DNA of 64,000 nucleotides from Eledone cirrhosa. Lineage: Eukaryota. Each line of letters opens with the position of its first letter. Position 1 is the first letter of the stretch. Both the position numbers and the translations under genes were made by a program. The notes below the pieces were generated by a model. The model was not told where the DNA came from, searched no databases, and worked only from the letters and a program-made list of their open reading frames with translations. Location of the stretch: NCBI GenBank assembly GCA_964016885.1, contig OZ024741.1:134044001-134108000 (forward strand), given 5' to 3'. Shown here one piece after another: positions 39,778 through 50,955 of this stretch.

Positions 39778-42240
39778 TTGAGCGCTTACTCTCATATTGG
39801 ATACCTTTTGATGGTCCTTCACCTCTTCTTCTACAACATGGATTATTACAACATAACCAATTCTACTAAAGACATTCCTATACCTGGTAAATCTGAATTC
39901 ACCAAACTTCTTATTGAAAAAACTGACTCCTTCGTAAGAAGACTTAGATGGACAGCCTATTTCTATGACCAGCGCCTAAAAGGGAACTTTCATACCAAAG
40001 AACACAACTTCCTCGATCATCTTTTTAATTCCAGACGAAATCCTCCTTCCAACAAAAATCTAGCACAATTCGAGGAAGAATTAACTAAAATTATAAAAAA
40101 TCTTAAATTCAAGAGATACCCTTACAAAGGACAAGAGCACCTTGTAAATCTCAAGAACACAATCTCTAACCTAAATTCCTCAAAAAATGTTTTAGTCCAC
40201 TCTGACAAAACCAATAACCTATATGGTATTTCCAAGGATAATTATAACAACCTTATCCTAAAGGAACTTAGGAAAAAGTATCGTAAAACCAACCATGAAA
40301 ATTTAGAATGCATAAACCTTGAAGCCTATGAGATTATGTCAAAACTTGGCATTGAAAAAAAGACCGAACCATTCCTCCCAAGAACTCCGAGGATAAATCT
40401 CAAGGATCACAAAAACAATTTTCGCACTGAACTACCTGTTAGATTAATCGCCCCCTCTAAATCTGATCTGGGGGTTGTTAGTAAAGCCATCTTGGATAGG
40501 ATTATCCCACAGGTTAGTTCTAATTGCTCTTCTTTAAACCTAAATTTATGGTTTGGTACTTCTGAAGTGATTGGCTGGTTCAACAAATTGGATAATAAAA
40601 ACAAACTAAAATTTATTCAATTCGATATTGCCAGCTACTATTCCTCCATTTCGCCTTCACTTCTCAATAATGCTCTATCTTTCGCACTTAAATATTCTGA
40701 CATCACCACAGATGAACTTCACATCATCCTCACCGCACGTAAAACCATCCTAGAGTTCAACAACGAATATTGGACCAGAGCCGATACCTCTAACAACTTC
40801 GACATCACAATGGGAGCATCCGATTCATCCCAATTGACTGATTTAATTGGTATCTTCATTTTGAACTCTTTGAGTCGGAAAATTCCTCAACTTCGCGGTG
40901 GAATTTATCGTGACGATGGACTCTTTACTATCCTAAATTGCAATATAGTTAAACTTAATATTATTAAGAACAATATACGTAATCTCTTTAACCAACATAA
41001 CCTAAAAATTGAATTTGATAATAGTACCAAACTAGCTAATTTCTTGGATGTATCTCTTAATCTTGACACTGGCCTATATTACCCTTACCATAAAAACAAT
41101 GAGAATCTTAATTATGTTAACTTTAAATCTAACCATCCTACCAATATCAAGAATGCTATAGTTAATAATATTGGAAATAGAATATCTAACATATCTTCTA
41201 ATAAAAACATCTTTGATGCTAACGCCAATTACTATAATAACGCACTTTCTAAAGCTGGCTATCCAGATAAAATCAAATATAATAAAGAAACAAATTCTAG
41301 GAAAACTTACAGTAGAATATTTAATCATAACCATTCCAATAATTTTAATAAAAGACCTAGATACAAAAACATAATCTGGTATAATGCTCCTTTCTCCATC
41401 TCTATTAATAACAATATTCCTAAATTATTTTTTAGTGCCTTAAATAAATGCTTCCCTCCCTCACATATCTATAGTAAAATATTTAACAAACACACCATTA
41501 AATTTTCGTATTCTACATCCTCCAATATTTCCAACATCATTTCTAAACACAACAACAAAATATTAAATACTAAATCTCTTCCTTCCAATATTGAATCTCA
41601 TAATAACAATAATAGTACTCCTGACGTCATTGTAAACCCTAGGCTAACTTCTGTAAACCCAAATGCAACGTCAAACACAACTTCGCTAAATGTTCATAAT
41701 CCAACTCTAAATCAAGAAACTATTATTCCTATTATTCCTATCGCAAACAACTTCTCCAATCCAATTCCTTCTATAGATAACACTAGATCACTCATTAATA
41801 ATCTCTCTAATTGCAACTGCCGCATTAAAAATAAATGTCCTCTCAACAACCATTGCCTCGATAAAAACTTAATTTATGAATGTAAAATTATAACTAGCAC
41901 CAACTCCTTCACCTATTTTGGCTCCACTTCCACCTCTTTTAAAGCTCGTCTCTATAATCATCATTCATCTTTCAAATACAAACTTAAAAGAACTAACACT
42001 GCTCTCTCAGAACTCATATGGTCCTTAAAAGACAAAAACATTAAATATAACATCTTTTGGAAAAAGATTTCTTCTGCATCCTCGTACTTGAACAGTTCTC
42101 TATCTAAAATCTGTAATCTCTGCCTAAATGAAAAATTTACCATTATCTCTAACCTAGAATCCATAATAAATAGACGCTCGGATTTGTTTTCCATCTGCCT
42201 TCATAAATTCCATAGAACTTTTCACAAAGTATACAGTTAA
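39778..42240 (+). CDS. PLE RT + GIY-YIG endonuclease, intact (820 aa from TTG; real start probably ATG 39809 or 39838)
   Basis: FIQFDIASYYSSI, ITMGASDSSQLTDL, IYRDDGL, NFLDV, YVNFKSNHP; linker CNCx5Cx5C; LIY..YFG..FKARLYNH; CNLC. Confidence 0.93.
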   Translation: MSAYSHIGYLLMVLHLFFYNMDYYNITNSTKDIPIPGKSEFTKLLIEKTDSFVRRLRWTAYFYDQRLKGNFHTKEHNFLDHLFNSRRNPPSNKNLAQFEEELTKIIKNLKFKRYPYKGQEHLVNLKNTISNLNSSKNVLVHSDKTNNLYGISKDNYNNLILKELRKKYRKTNHENLECINLEAYEIMSKLGIEKKTEPFLPRTPRINLKDHKNNFRTELPVRLIAPSKSDLGVVSKAILDRIIPQVSSNCSSLNLNLWFGTSEVIGWFNKLDNKNKLKFIQFDIASYYSSISPSLLNNALSFALKYSDITTDELHIILTARKTILEFNNEYWTRADTSNNFDITMGASDSSQLTDLIGIFILNSLSRKIPQLRGGIYRDDGLFTILNCNIVKLNIIKNNIRNLFNQHNLKIEFDNSTKLANFLDVSLNLDTGLYYPYHKNNENLNYVNFKSNHPTNIKNAIVNNIGNRISNISSNKNIFDANANYYNNALSKAGYPDKIKYNKETNSRKTYSRIFNHNHSNNFNKRPRYKNIIWYNAPFSISINNNIPKLFFSALNKCFPPSHIYSKIFNKHTIKFSYSTSSNISNIISKHNNKILNTKSLPSNIESHNNNNSTPDVIVNPRLTSVNPNATSNTTSLNVHNPTLNQETIIPIIPIANNFSNPIPSIDNTRSLINNLSNCNCRIKNKCPLNNHCLDKNLIYECKIITSTNSFTYFGSTSTSFKARLYNHHSSFKYKLKRTNTALSELIWSLKDKNIKYNIFWKKISSASSYLNSSLSKICNLCLNEKFTIISNLESIINRRSDLFSICLHKFHRTFHKVYS

Positions 42241-43460
42241 TATTCAATTCTTTATCAATTTAGAATCTTTTCTCAAAGGCACATATACATACACCTCTTT
42301 AAAATATACCCATCTACCTTACTTTAAAGGGCATTATACACTCTATAGTACTCGTTTATTCATTTACCTCATCCTATCTTCTCGTAAAACAATAACATTT
42401 GTTTTTGACATTTTGAATATTCATCCGCAATCATTATTATTTTTTTTTTTCCCTCTATCATAAATCTTTTTAATCTCAATTTCATCCTTAATTTATTATT
42501 ATATATATTTTTTTTAATATATACTCATATATTCTTTAAAATATACCCATCTACCTTACTTTAAAGGGCATTATACACTCTATAATACCCGTTTACTCAT
42601 CACCCTCATTATATCTCTTCGTAAAACAATAACATTTGTTTTTGACATTTTGAGTATTCATCCGCAATCATTATTATTTTTTCTCTCTATCATAAATCTT
42701 TTTAATCTCAATTTCATCCTTAATTTATTATTATTATTTTTTTCTCCCCATCAACGAACTCATTATTAATACATATGAATTCAATATAAATTTTTCTCAA
42801 ATCCTATACATAAACTTTTTCTCTTTGCTAATTTTAAGATTCCTACATTTCTCCTTTTGAATATTCACCCACAATTATTATTTTTTTCTCTCTATCTCCA
42901 TACATAATCTCCCTTCGTTATTTTTTTCTCTCTATCTCCATACATAATTTCCCTTCGTTAATTTTCAAATTCCTTTAATTTATACATTATCTTCCAACGG
43001 TTCCCAACCTCTCTATATTAAAACATTATATCTTTTTCTCAGTTATAAAAACTATCTCTTTCTCTCTATCACCCATCTCTCCCTTTCCACCTTCACTCTC
43101 ATCTCCTCCCTTTTTTTCATCCTTTCCACCCCCACCCCTCCCTAAATATAATATATTTTTTCCTCGCACATATCCTCCCTTCGTTAATTTTCAAAATTTT
43201 TAATTTATACAGTATCTTCCAACGGTTTTCAACCCCTCTATATAAAATATATCTCCTCTCTGTTATAAAAACTATCTCTTTCTCTCTATCACCCATCTCT
43301 CCCTCTCATCTCCTTCCCTTTTCATCCTTTTCTCTCCCCCCCTCTCTAAATAAAATATTTTTCCCAATATCACACATCAATCTAAAACCACTTTTCATAT
43401 GTTGATTTAAAACTGCACTATCAACAAGTGTTTTTTTAGCCTTCATATCATGTTCTCCTG

Positions 43461-43527
43461 TTTTATCTGATGAAAACACAAATATTATTGTTTGATGATG
43501 TTTGTTTTTGAAATGCGCATAATAAAA
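43461..43527 (+). ncRNA. Type-I hammerhead ribozyme (family 1)
   Basis: Same as 39565-39631. Confidence 0.85.
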
Positions 43528-43673
43528 TATATTGAACTCCTTTAACCATCTTTTGATCTTATATTATGCATACTCCAGTCCCACAAACTGTAGAGTGCTT
43601 CTTATCCGATATCTGCATTGCTTTATTGTACTACAATAAAACTCACCTCCTACATTTACTTGCTCCTTAACGG

Positions 43674-46136
43674 TTGAGCGCTTACTCTCATATTGGATAC
43701 CTTTTGATGGTCCTTCACCTCTTCTTCTACAACATGGATTATTACAACATAACCAATTCTACTAAAGACATTCCTATACCTGGTAAATCTGAATTCACCA
43801 AACTTCTTATTGAAAAAACTGACTCCTTCGTAAGAAGACTTAGATGGACAGCCTATTTCTATGACCAGCGCCTAAAAGGGAACTTTCATACCAAAGAACA
43901 CAACTTCCTCGATCATCTTTTTAATTCCAGACGAAATCCTCCTTCCAACAAAAATCTAGCACAATTCGAGGAAGAATTAACTAAAATTATAAAAAATCTT
44001 AAATTCAAGAGATACCCTTACAAAGGACAAGAGCACCTTGTAAATCTCAAGAACACAATCTCTAACCTAAATTCCTCAAAAAATGTTTTAGTCCACTCTG
44101 ACAAAACCAATAACCTATATGGTATTTCCAAGGATAATTATAACAACCTTATCCTAAAGGAACTTAGGAAAAAGTATCGTAAAACCAACCATGAAAATTT
44201 AGAATGCATAAACCTTGAAGCCTATGAGATTATGTCAAAACTTGGCATTGAAAAAAAGACCGAACCATTCCTCCCAAGAACTCCGAGGATAAATCTCAAG
44301 GATCACAAAAACAATTTTCGCACTGAACTACCTGTTAGATTAATCGCCCCCTCTAAATCTGATCTGGGGGTTGTTAGTAAAGCCATCTTGGATAGGATTA
44401 TCCCACAGGTTAGTTCTAATTGCTCTTCTTTAAACCTAAATTTATGGTTTGGTACTTCTGAAGTGATTGGCTGGTTCAACAAATTGGATAATAAAAACAA
44501 ACTAAAATTTATTCAATTCGATATTGCCAGCTACTATTCCTCCATTTCGCCTTCACTTCTCAATAATGCTCTATCTTTCGCACTTAAATATTCTGACATC
44601 ACCACAGATGAACTTCACATCATCCTCACCGCACGTAAAACCATCCTAGAGTTCAACAACGAATATTGGACCAGAGCCGATACCTCTAACAACTTCGACA
44701 TCACAATGGGAGCATCCGATTCATCCCAATTGACTGATTTAATTGGTATCTTCATTTTGAACTCTTTGAGTCGGAAAATTCCTCAACTTCGCGGTGGAAT
44801 TTATCGTGACGATGGACTCTTTACTATCCTAAATTGCAATATAGTTAAACTTAATATTATTAAGAACAATATACGTAATCTCTTTAACCAACATAACCTA
44901 AAAATTGAATTTGATAATAGTACCAAACTAGCTAATTTCTTGGATGTATCTCTTAATCTTGACACTGGCCTATATTACCCTTACCATAAAAACAATGAGA
45001 ATCTTAATTATGTTAACTTTAAATCTAACCATCCTACCAATATCAAGAATGCTATAGTTAATAATATTGGAAATAGAATATCTAACATATCTTCTAATAA
45101 AAACATCTTTGATGCTAACGCCAATTACTATAATAACGCACTTTCTAAAGCTGGCTATCCAGATAAAATCAAATATAATAAAGAAACAAATTCTAGGAAA
45201 ACTTACAGTAGAATATTTAATCATAACCATTCCAATAATTTTAATAAAAGACCTAGATACAAAAACATAATCTGGTATAATGCTCCTTTCTCCATCTCTA
45301 TTAATAACAATATTCCTAAATTATTTTTTAGTGCCTTAAATAAATGCTTCCCTCCCTCACATATCTATAGTAAAATATTTAACAAACACACCATTAAATT
45401 TTCGTATTCTACATCCTCCAATATTTCCAACATCATTTCTAAACACAACAACAAAATATTAAATACTAAATCTCTTCCTTCCAATATTGAATCTCATAAT
45501 AACAATAATAGTACTCCTGACGTCATTGTAAACCCTAGGCTAACTTCTGTAAACCCAAATGCAACGTCAAACACAACTTCGCTAAATGTTCATAATCCAA
45601 CTCTAAATCAAGAAACTATTATTCCTATTATTCCTATCGCAAACAACTTCTCCAATCCAATTCCTTCTATAGATAACACTAGATCACTCATTAATAATCT
45701 CTCTAATTGCAACTGCCGCATTAAAAATAAATGTCCTCTCAACAACCATTGCCTCGATAAAAACTTAATTTATGAATGTAAAATTATAACTAGCACCAAC
45801 TCCTTCACCTATTTTGGCTCCACTTCCACCTCTTTTAAAGCTCGTCTCTATAATCATCATTCATCTTTCAAATACAAACTTAAAAGAACTAACACTGCTC
45901 TCTCAGAACTCATATGGTCCTTAAAAGACAAAAACATTAAATATAACATCTTTTGGAAAAAGATTTCTTCTGCATCCTCGTACTTGAACAGTTCTCTATC
46001 TAAAATCTGTAATCTCTGCCTAAATGAAAAATTTACCATTATCTCTAACCTAGAATCCATAATAAATAGACGCTCGGATTTGTTTTCCATCTGCCTTCAT
46101 AAATTCCATAGAACTTTTCACAAAGTATACAGTTAA
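43674..46136 (+). CDS. PLE RT + GIY-YIG endonuclease, second intact copy
   Basis: Translation identical to 39778-42240. Confidence 0.93.
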   Translation: MSAYSHIGYLLMVLHLFFYNMDYYNITNSTKDIPIPGKSEFTKLLIEKTDSFVRRLRWTAYFYDQRLKGNFHTKEHNFLDHLFNSRRNPPSNKNLAQFEEELTKIIKNLKFKRYPYKGQEHLVNLKNTISNLNSSKNVLVHSDKTNNLYGISKDNYNNLILKELRKKYRKTNHENLECINLEAYEIMSKLGIEKKTEPFLPRTPRINLKDHKNNFRTELPVRLIAPSKSDLGVVSKAILDRIIPQVSSNCSSLNLNLWFGTSEVIGWFNKLDNKNKLKFIQFDIASYYSSISPSLLNNALSFALKYSDITTDELHIILTARKTILEFNNEYWTRADTSNNFDITMGASDSSQLTDLIGIFILNSLSRKIPQLRGGIYRDDGLFTILNCNIVKLNIIKNNIRNLFNQHNLKIEFDNSTKLANFLDVSLNLDTGLYYPYHKNNENLNYVNFKSNHPTNIKNAIVNNIGNRISNISSNKNIFDANANYYNNALSKAGYPDKIKYNKETNSRKTYSRIFNHNHSNNFNKRPRYKNIIWYNAPFSISINNNIPKLFFSALNKCFPPSHIYSKIFNKHTIKFSYSTSSNISNIISKHNNKILNTKSLPSNIESHNNNNSTPDVIVNPRLTSVNPNATSNTTSLNVHNPTLNQETIIPIIPIANNFSNPIPSIDNTRSLINNLSNCNCRIKNKCPLNNHCLDKNLIYECKIITSTNSFTYFGSTSTSFKARLYNHHSSFKYKLKRTNTALSELIWSLKDKNIKYNIFWKKISSASSYLNSSLSKICNLCLNEKFTIISNLESIINRRSDLFSICLHKFHRTFHKVYS

Positions 46137-47353
46137 TATTCAATTCTTTATCAATTTAGAATCTTTTCTCAAAGGCACATATACATACACCTCTTTAAAA
46201 TATACCCATCTACCTTACTTTAAAGGGCATTATACACTCTATAGTACTCGTTTATTCATTTACCTCATCCTATCTTCTCGTAAAACAATAACATTTGTTT
46301 TTGACATTTTGAATATTCATCCGCAATCATTATTATTTTTTTTCCCTCTATCATAAATCTTTTTAATCTCAATTTCATCCTTAATTTATTATTATATATA
46401 TTTTTTTTAATATATACTCATATATTCTTTAAAATATACCCATCTACCTTACTTTAAAGGGCATTATACACTCTATAATACCCGTTTACTCATCACCCTC
46501 ATTATATCTCTTCGTAAAACAATAACATTTGTTTTTGACATTTTGAGTATTCATCCGCAATCATTATTATTTTTTCTCTCTATCATAAATCTCTTTAATC
46601 TCAATTTCATCCTTAATTTATTATTATTATTTTTTTCTCCCCATCAACGAACTCATTATTAATACATATGAATTCAATATAAATTTTTCTCAAATCCTAT
46701 ACATAAACTTTTTCTCTTTGCTAATTTTAAGATTCCTACATTTCTCCTTTTGAATATTCACCCACAATTATTATTTTTTTCTCTCTATCTCCATACATAA
46801 TCTCCCTTCGTTATTTTTTTCTCTCTATCTCCATACATAATTTCCCTTCGTTAATTTTCAAATTCCTTTAATTTATACATTATCTTCCAACGGTTCCCAA
46901 CCTCTCTATATTAAAACATTATATCTTTTTCTCAGTTATAAAAACTATCTCTTTCTCTCTATCACCCATCTCTCCCTTTCCACCTTCACTCTCATCTCCT
47001 CCCTTTTTTTCATCCTTTCCACCCCCACCCCTCCCTAAATATAATATATTTTTTCCTCGCACATATCCTCCCTTCGTTAATTTTCAAAATTTTTAATTTA
47101 TACAGTATCTTCCAACGGTTTTCAACCCCTCTATATAAAATATATCTCCTCTCTGTTATAAAAACTATCTCTTTCTCTCTATCACCCATCTCTCCCTCTC
47201 ATCTCCTTCCCTTTTCATCCTTTTCTCTCCCCCCCTCTCTAAATAAAATATTTTTCCCAATATCACACATCAATCTAAAACCACTTTTCATATGTTGATT
47301 TAAAACTGCACTATCAACAAGTGTTTTTTTAGCCTTCATATCATGTTCTCCTG

Positions 47354-47420
47354 TTTTATCTGATGAAAACACAAATATTATTGTTTGATGATGTTTGTTT
47401 TTGAAATGCGCATAATAAAA
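47354..47420 (+). ncRNA. Type-I hammerhead ribozyme (family 1)
   Basis: Same as 39565-39631. Confidence 0.85.
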
Positions 47421-47543
47421 TATATTGAACTCCTTTAACCATCTTTTGATCTTATATTATGCATACTCCAGTCCCACAAACTGTAGAGTGCTTCTTATCC
47501 GATATCTGCATTGCTTTATTGTACTACAATAAAACTCACCTCC

Positions 47544-47584
<41 letters not shown>

Positions 47585-47628
47585 TATATATACATGCATA
47601 TATATATATAAGTGTATAAATATGTATG

Positions 47629-47709
<81 letters not shown>

Positions 47710-47753
47710 TATATATACATGCATATATATATATAAGTGTATAAATATGTATG

Positions 47754-47810
<57 letters not shown>

Positions 47811-47918
47811 TATATATACATGCATATATATACATAAGTGTATAAATATGTATGTAAATATATATATATATATATATATATTTATACACTTATATATATA
47901 TATATGCATGTATATATA

Positions 47919-47957
<39 letters not shown>

Positions 47958-47958
<1 letters not shown>

Positions 47959-47997
47959 CGAGCTGAGGATCCGCTAAGGTGAAACAATTGTTCTCGG
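47958..47997 (+). ncRNA. Minimal type-I hammerhead ribozyme (family 4)
   Basis: CCGAG-CTGAGGA-T-CC(GCTAA)GG-T-GAAA-CAATTG-TT-CTCGG. Confidence 0.8.
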
Positions 47998-48024
47998 TAT
48001 GGTGAACTAACTGTTGTGTAACCA

Positions 48025-48070
<46 letters not shown>

Positions 48071-48577
48071 CATACATGCCATATATATATATGTGTGTGT
48101 GTATTAAATAATTGTTTCTACTTTTGGCACAAGGCCAGCAAATTATCCAGTACATTACTGGTACTTTATTTTATCGACCCCGTAAGGATGAAAGGCAAAG
48201 TGAACCTCAGCGGGATTTGAACTCAGATCGTAAAGGGACGTAACTATGCTGGAAAGCATGGCGTCCGACTCTCTACAGATACTGCCAATCCTAAATAATA
48301 TCGATTAATAAACAAAGTATTTTTTCATCTTAAAATCCCCCCCCAATACCCCCCCCCCCCCAAAAAAAAAAACAACGAACAATAACCTTAATGTTATTAG
48401 ATATACTTGTGAGAGATGTAATGTGGTAATGACAGTGATAGTAGTAGTGGTGGTGGTAGTGGTAGTAGTAGTGGTAGTAGTAGTAGTAGTAGTAGTTGTT
48501 GTTGCAACAGCAGCAGCAATGGTTGTAAAATAGATGGTAGCTTAGAGTAAAACCAGACAACCGTTTCTATTCCTTTA

Positions 48578-48777
48578 NNNNNNNNNNNNNNNNNNNNNNN
48601 NNNNNNNNNNNNNNNNNNNNNNNNNNNNNNNNNNNNNNNNNNNNNNNNNNNNNNNNNNNNNNNNNNNNNNNNNNNNNNNNNNNNNNNNNNNNNNNNNNNN
48701 NNNNNNNNNNNNNNNNNNNNNNNNNNNNNNNNNNNNNNNNNNNNNNNNNNNNNNNNNNNNNNNNNNNNNNNNNNNNN
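48578..48777. other. Assembly gap
   Basis: Run of about 200 N. Confidence 1.
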
Positions 48778-48820
48778 ACGGTGCTGACGATAGCTAACAA
48801 GCTTGAAACTAGTACATCGT
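48778..48820 (+). ncRNA. Minimal type-I hammerhead ribozyme (family 5, copy 1)
   Basis: ACGGTG-CTGACGA-T-AGC(TAACAA)GCT-T-GAAA-CTAG-TA-CATCGT. Confidence 0.8.
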
Positions 48821-49276
48821 TCCTGTGTCAGTGTTGAACAAAAAGGTGACGTGGTTGCCTAAACACTGTACGGCGTAAATCAGGCTGTTCGTTTGTTTAC
48901 AAACGAACAAAGCGAACATTATAATAAATGTTCGGTAAACTGATACGTGCATATATATATGTGTGCCTGTATGTATATATATATATGTACACATGCTACT
49001 GTACGTCTGTAAACATATATGTATGTACGTATACATACATACTTACATTTAAGTAAGTGCCGTACTAAGAGTGAGAAATGAATTTGTTTAGCAAGATTCT
49101 TTATCTGAAATCGTGTGTTGAAACCGATATTGTTATACTTTGGGAGGGTGATGTTGCCAATAAGAAACACACGCACCAGTTGCTTTCACTTCAATTTATT
49201 ATATATTTACAAATTTATAAATTTATAAATTTCTGGTTGGTTGGTTGGTTCCACAACCAGATAGTTGTTTATATAT

Positions 49277-49321
49277 AGTCATAGTTCTTTCGTCACACAC
49301 TCTGTGACCTCTTCAGTGACT
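49277..49321 (-). ncRNA. Minimal type-I hammerhead ribozyme (family 3) in a PLE 3' UTR
   Basis: Minus strand: AGTCA-CTGAAGA-G-GTCAC(AGAGTGT)GTGAC-GAAA-GAAC-TA-TGACT. Confidence 0.72.
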
Positions 49322-49521
49322 GGGAATTCCTTTCTTTGTTTCTGTGCCTCTCCTTTGTTCTGTCCTACGCCATTTTGTTTCTGTGTGTGTGTTGTGTGCT
49401 CAGTCTGCACATGCGCCACATCCGGGTGTCTGTGTGTGTTTATGTTCATTTATTTATTTGTTTATTTACATGTTACTGGTTGGTTGTTTGTTCTATGTGT
49501 GTGTGTGTTTTCATTTTGTCC

Positions 49522-50150
49522 TTAATTGTAAGTTGTGATGTTGCTGTTCCACTCATATTTTCTATTTAATTTTGGTTGTAATTCTTTTATGTTTATTGCC
49601 TCTGTAATTTGTCTAAACATTGCGTCTTTTCTGTGTGTAGATTCTATTTTTATTTCTATGTTCTCTAATTTACCCTTGTGTTCTATCTTAGCATGTTGGT
49701 AGAGTACAGATGATTCTTTATTATCTTGAAGGTCTCGCCAGTGTTCATTTATCCGTTCCCCTACACTACGAGCTGTCTCACCTATGTACACTATATTTTT
49801 GTCTCTACATTGTCCTTCAGTACATCTTATGCTATACACTACATTTCTAGTTTTACAGTTAATATGGGGGCTTATTTTACAGGTTATACATTTCTTATCT
49901 ATACATTAGGGTCTTTGAAAAGGGTATGTCTTGCTAATAAGTGTTTTTACGGAGGTACCTGGTCTTTCTACTATCTTGATATTGAGTTTATGTTTATTTA
50001 GGGCCCTTCTAAATTTGTAAGCTAATTCACCTCTAGGGGTTGTATTGATGAACATTACACTCTGGTATTTATTGCTATCATACCATGAGTTTATTCTATT
50101 AGCCTTGTTCCATTCTATTCCAAAATTTGCTCCTATACAAGGGGCAGGTC
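49522..50150 (-). pseudogene. 5'-truncated PLE of a second family (linker Zn finger + GIY-YIG with CCHH), one in-frame TAA; 3' UTR runs to ~49060
   Basis: The two ORF-track pieces are in one frame: ...VMFINTTPRGELA...YPFQRP*CIDKKCITC...NCKTRNVVYSIRC..C...YIGETARSVGERINEH...H...RQITEA...LN. Confidence 0.88.
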
Positions 50151-50229
50151 CCATTTATGCTGCTCAGCCGTTAATTTTCATAAGGAAAGTATATACTTTC
50201 GAATGTTCAACCATCTGGCAGAAAGGTAT

Positions 50230-50272
50230 ATGGTGCTGACGATAGCTAACAAGCTTGAAACTAGTACATCGT
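50230..50272 (+). ncRNA. Minimal type-I hammerhead ribozyme (family 5, copy 2)
   Basis: ATGGTG-CTGACGA-TAGCTAACAAGCTT-GAAA-CTAG-TA-CATCGT within a ~270-bp direct repeat of 48778-49045. Confidence 0.75.
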
Positions 50273-50529
50273 TCCTGTGTCAGTGTTGAACCAAAAGGTG
50301 ACGTGGTTGCCTAAACACTGTACGGCGTAAATCAGGCTGTTCGTTTGTTTACAAACGAACAAAGCGAACATTATAATAAACGTTCGGTAAACTGATACGT
50401 GCATATATATGTGTGTGCCTGTATGTATATATATATATATATATATATGTATACATGCTACTGTATGTCTGTATACATATATGTATGTACGTATACATAC
50501 TTATATATTTATATATATATGTATATATA

Positions 50530-50955
50530 GAGACATGGGCAGCAACTGCAAAGGATATGTGACGGCTGGAGAGAAATGAGGCAAGCATGTTCCGTTGGAT
50601 GTGCAGTGGAAATGTGCGTGAACGACCCAGCATAAATGTGTTGAGAGAGAAACTGTCTGAGAGGGATAGAATGTAGTGTACGGGAGAGGAGACTGAGGTG
50701 GTATGTGACGGGGGCGTATTTTGTTAGAGATGCCTACTGACTGTAGTAGGTTTACTTTGTATTTAGGCAAGGCGGGTGTTCTCTATTACTGAGTACCGCC
50801 AAAGATCTCGGTCCAGTGACATTGTCTTGGAGAGGTGTAAGTGTGTGAGGTCGGAATTTATCAGGTCGTCCCAGGTTTTTCTGGGTCTGCCTACTCCGTG
50901 GCTACCGTCTATCTTTATTGCCCTGCACTTTTTTATACAGCTGTCGTCTTTCATG
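50530..50955. pseudogene. Two RTE fragments joined in opposite orientation
   Basis: 50530-50708 (+) ETWAATA..ERNEA..; 50709-50955 (-) [16 protein letters not shown]...RLA*. Confidence 0.8.

Larger units (their letters stand above)
36695..47547 (+). mobile_element. Penelope-like element: inverted pLTR (36695-37954) + partial unit + two full ~3.9-kb tandem units, flanked by (TA)n
   Basis: ORF period 3896 bp; 36695-37954 is the reverse complement of ~38412-39671; units differ by a few SNPs and homopolymer lengths. Confidence 0.93.

Noticed and set aside
49906-49908. Selenocysteine or readthrough codon in the PLE fragment
   Set aside because: The codon is TAA, not TGA, and sits before rather than at the conserved Cys; probably a nonsense mutation
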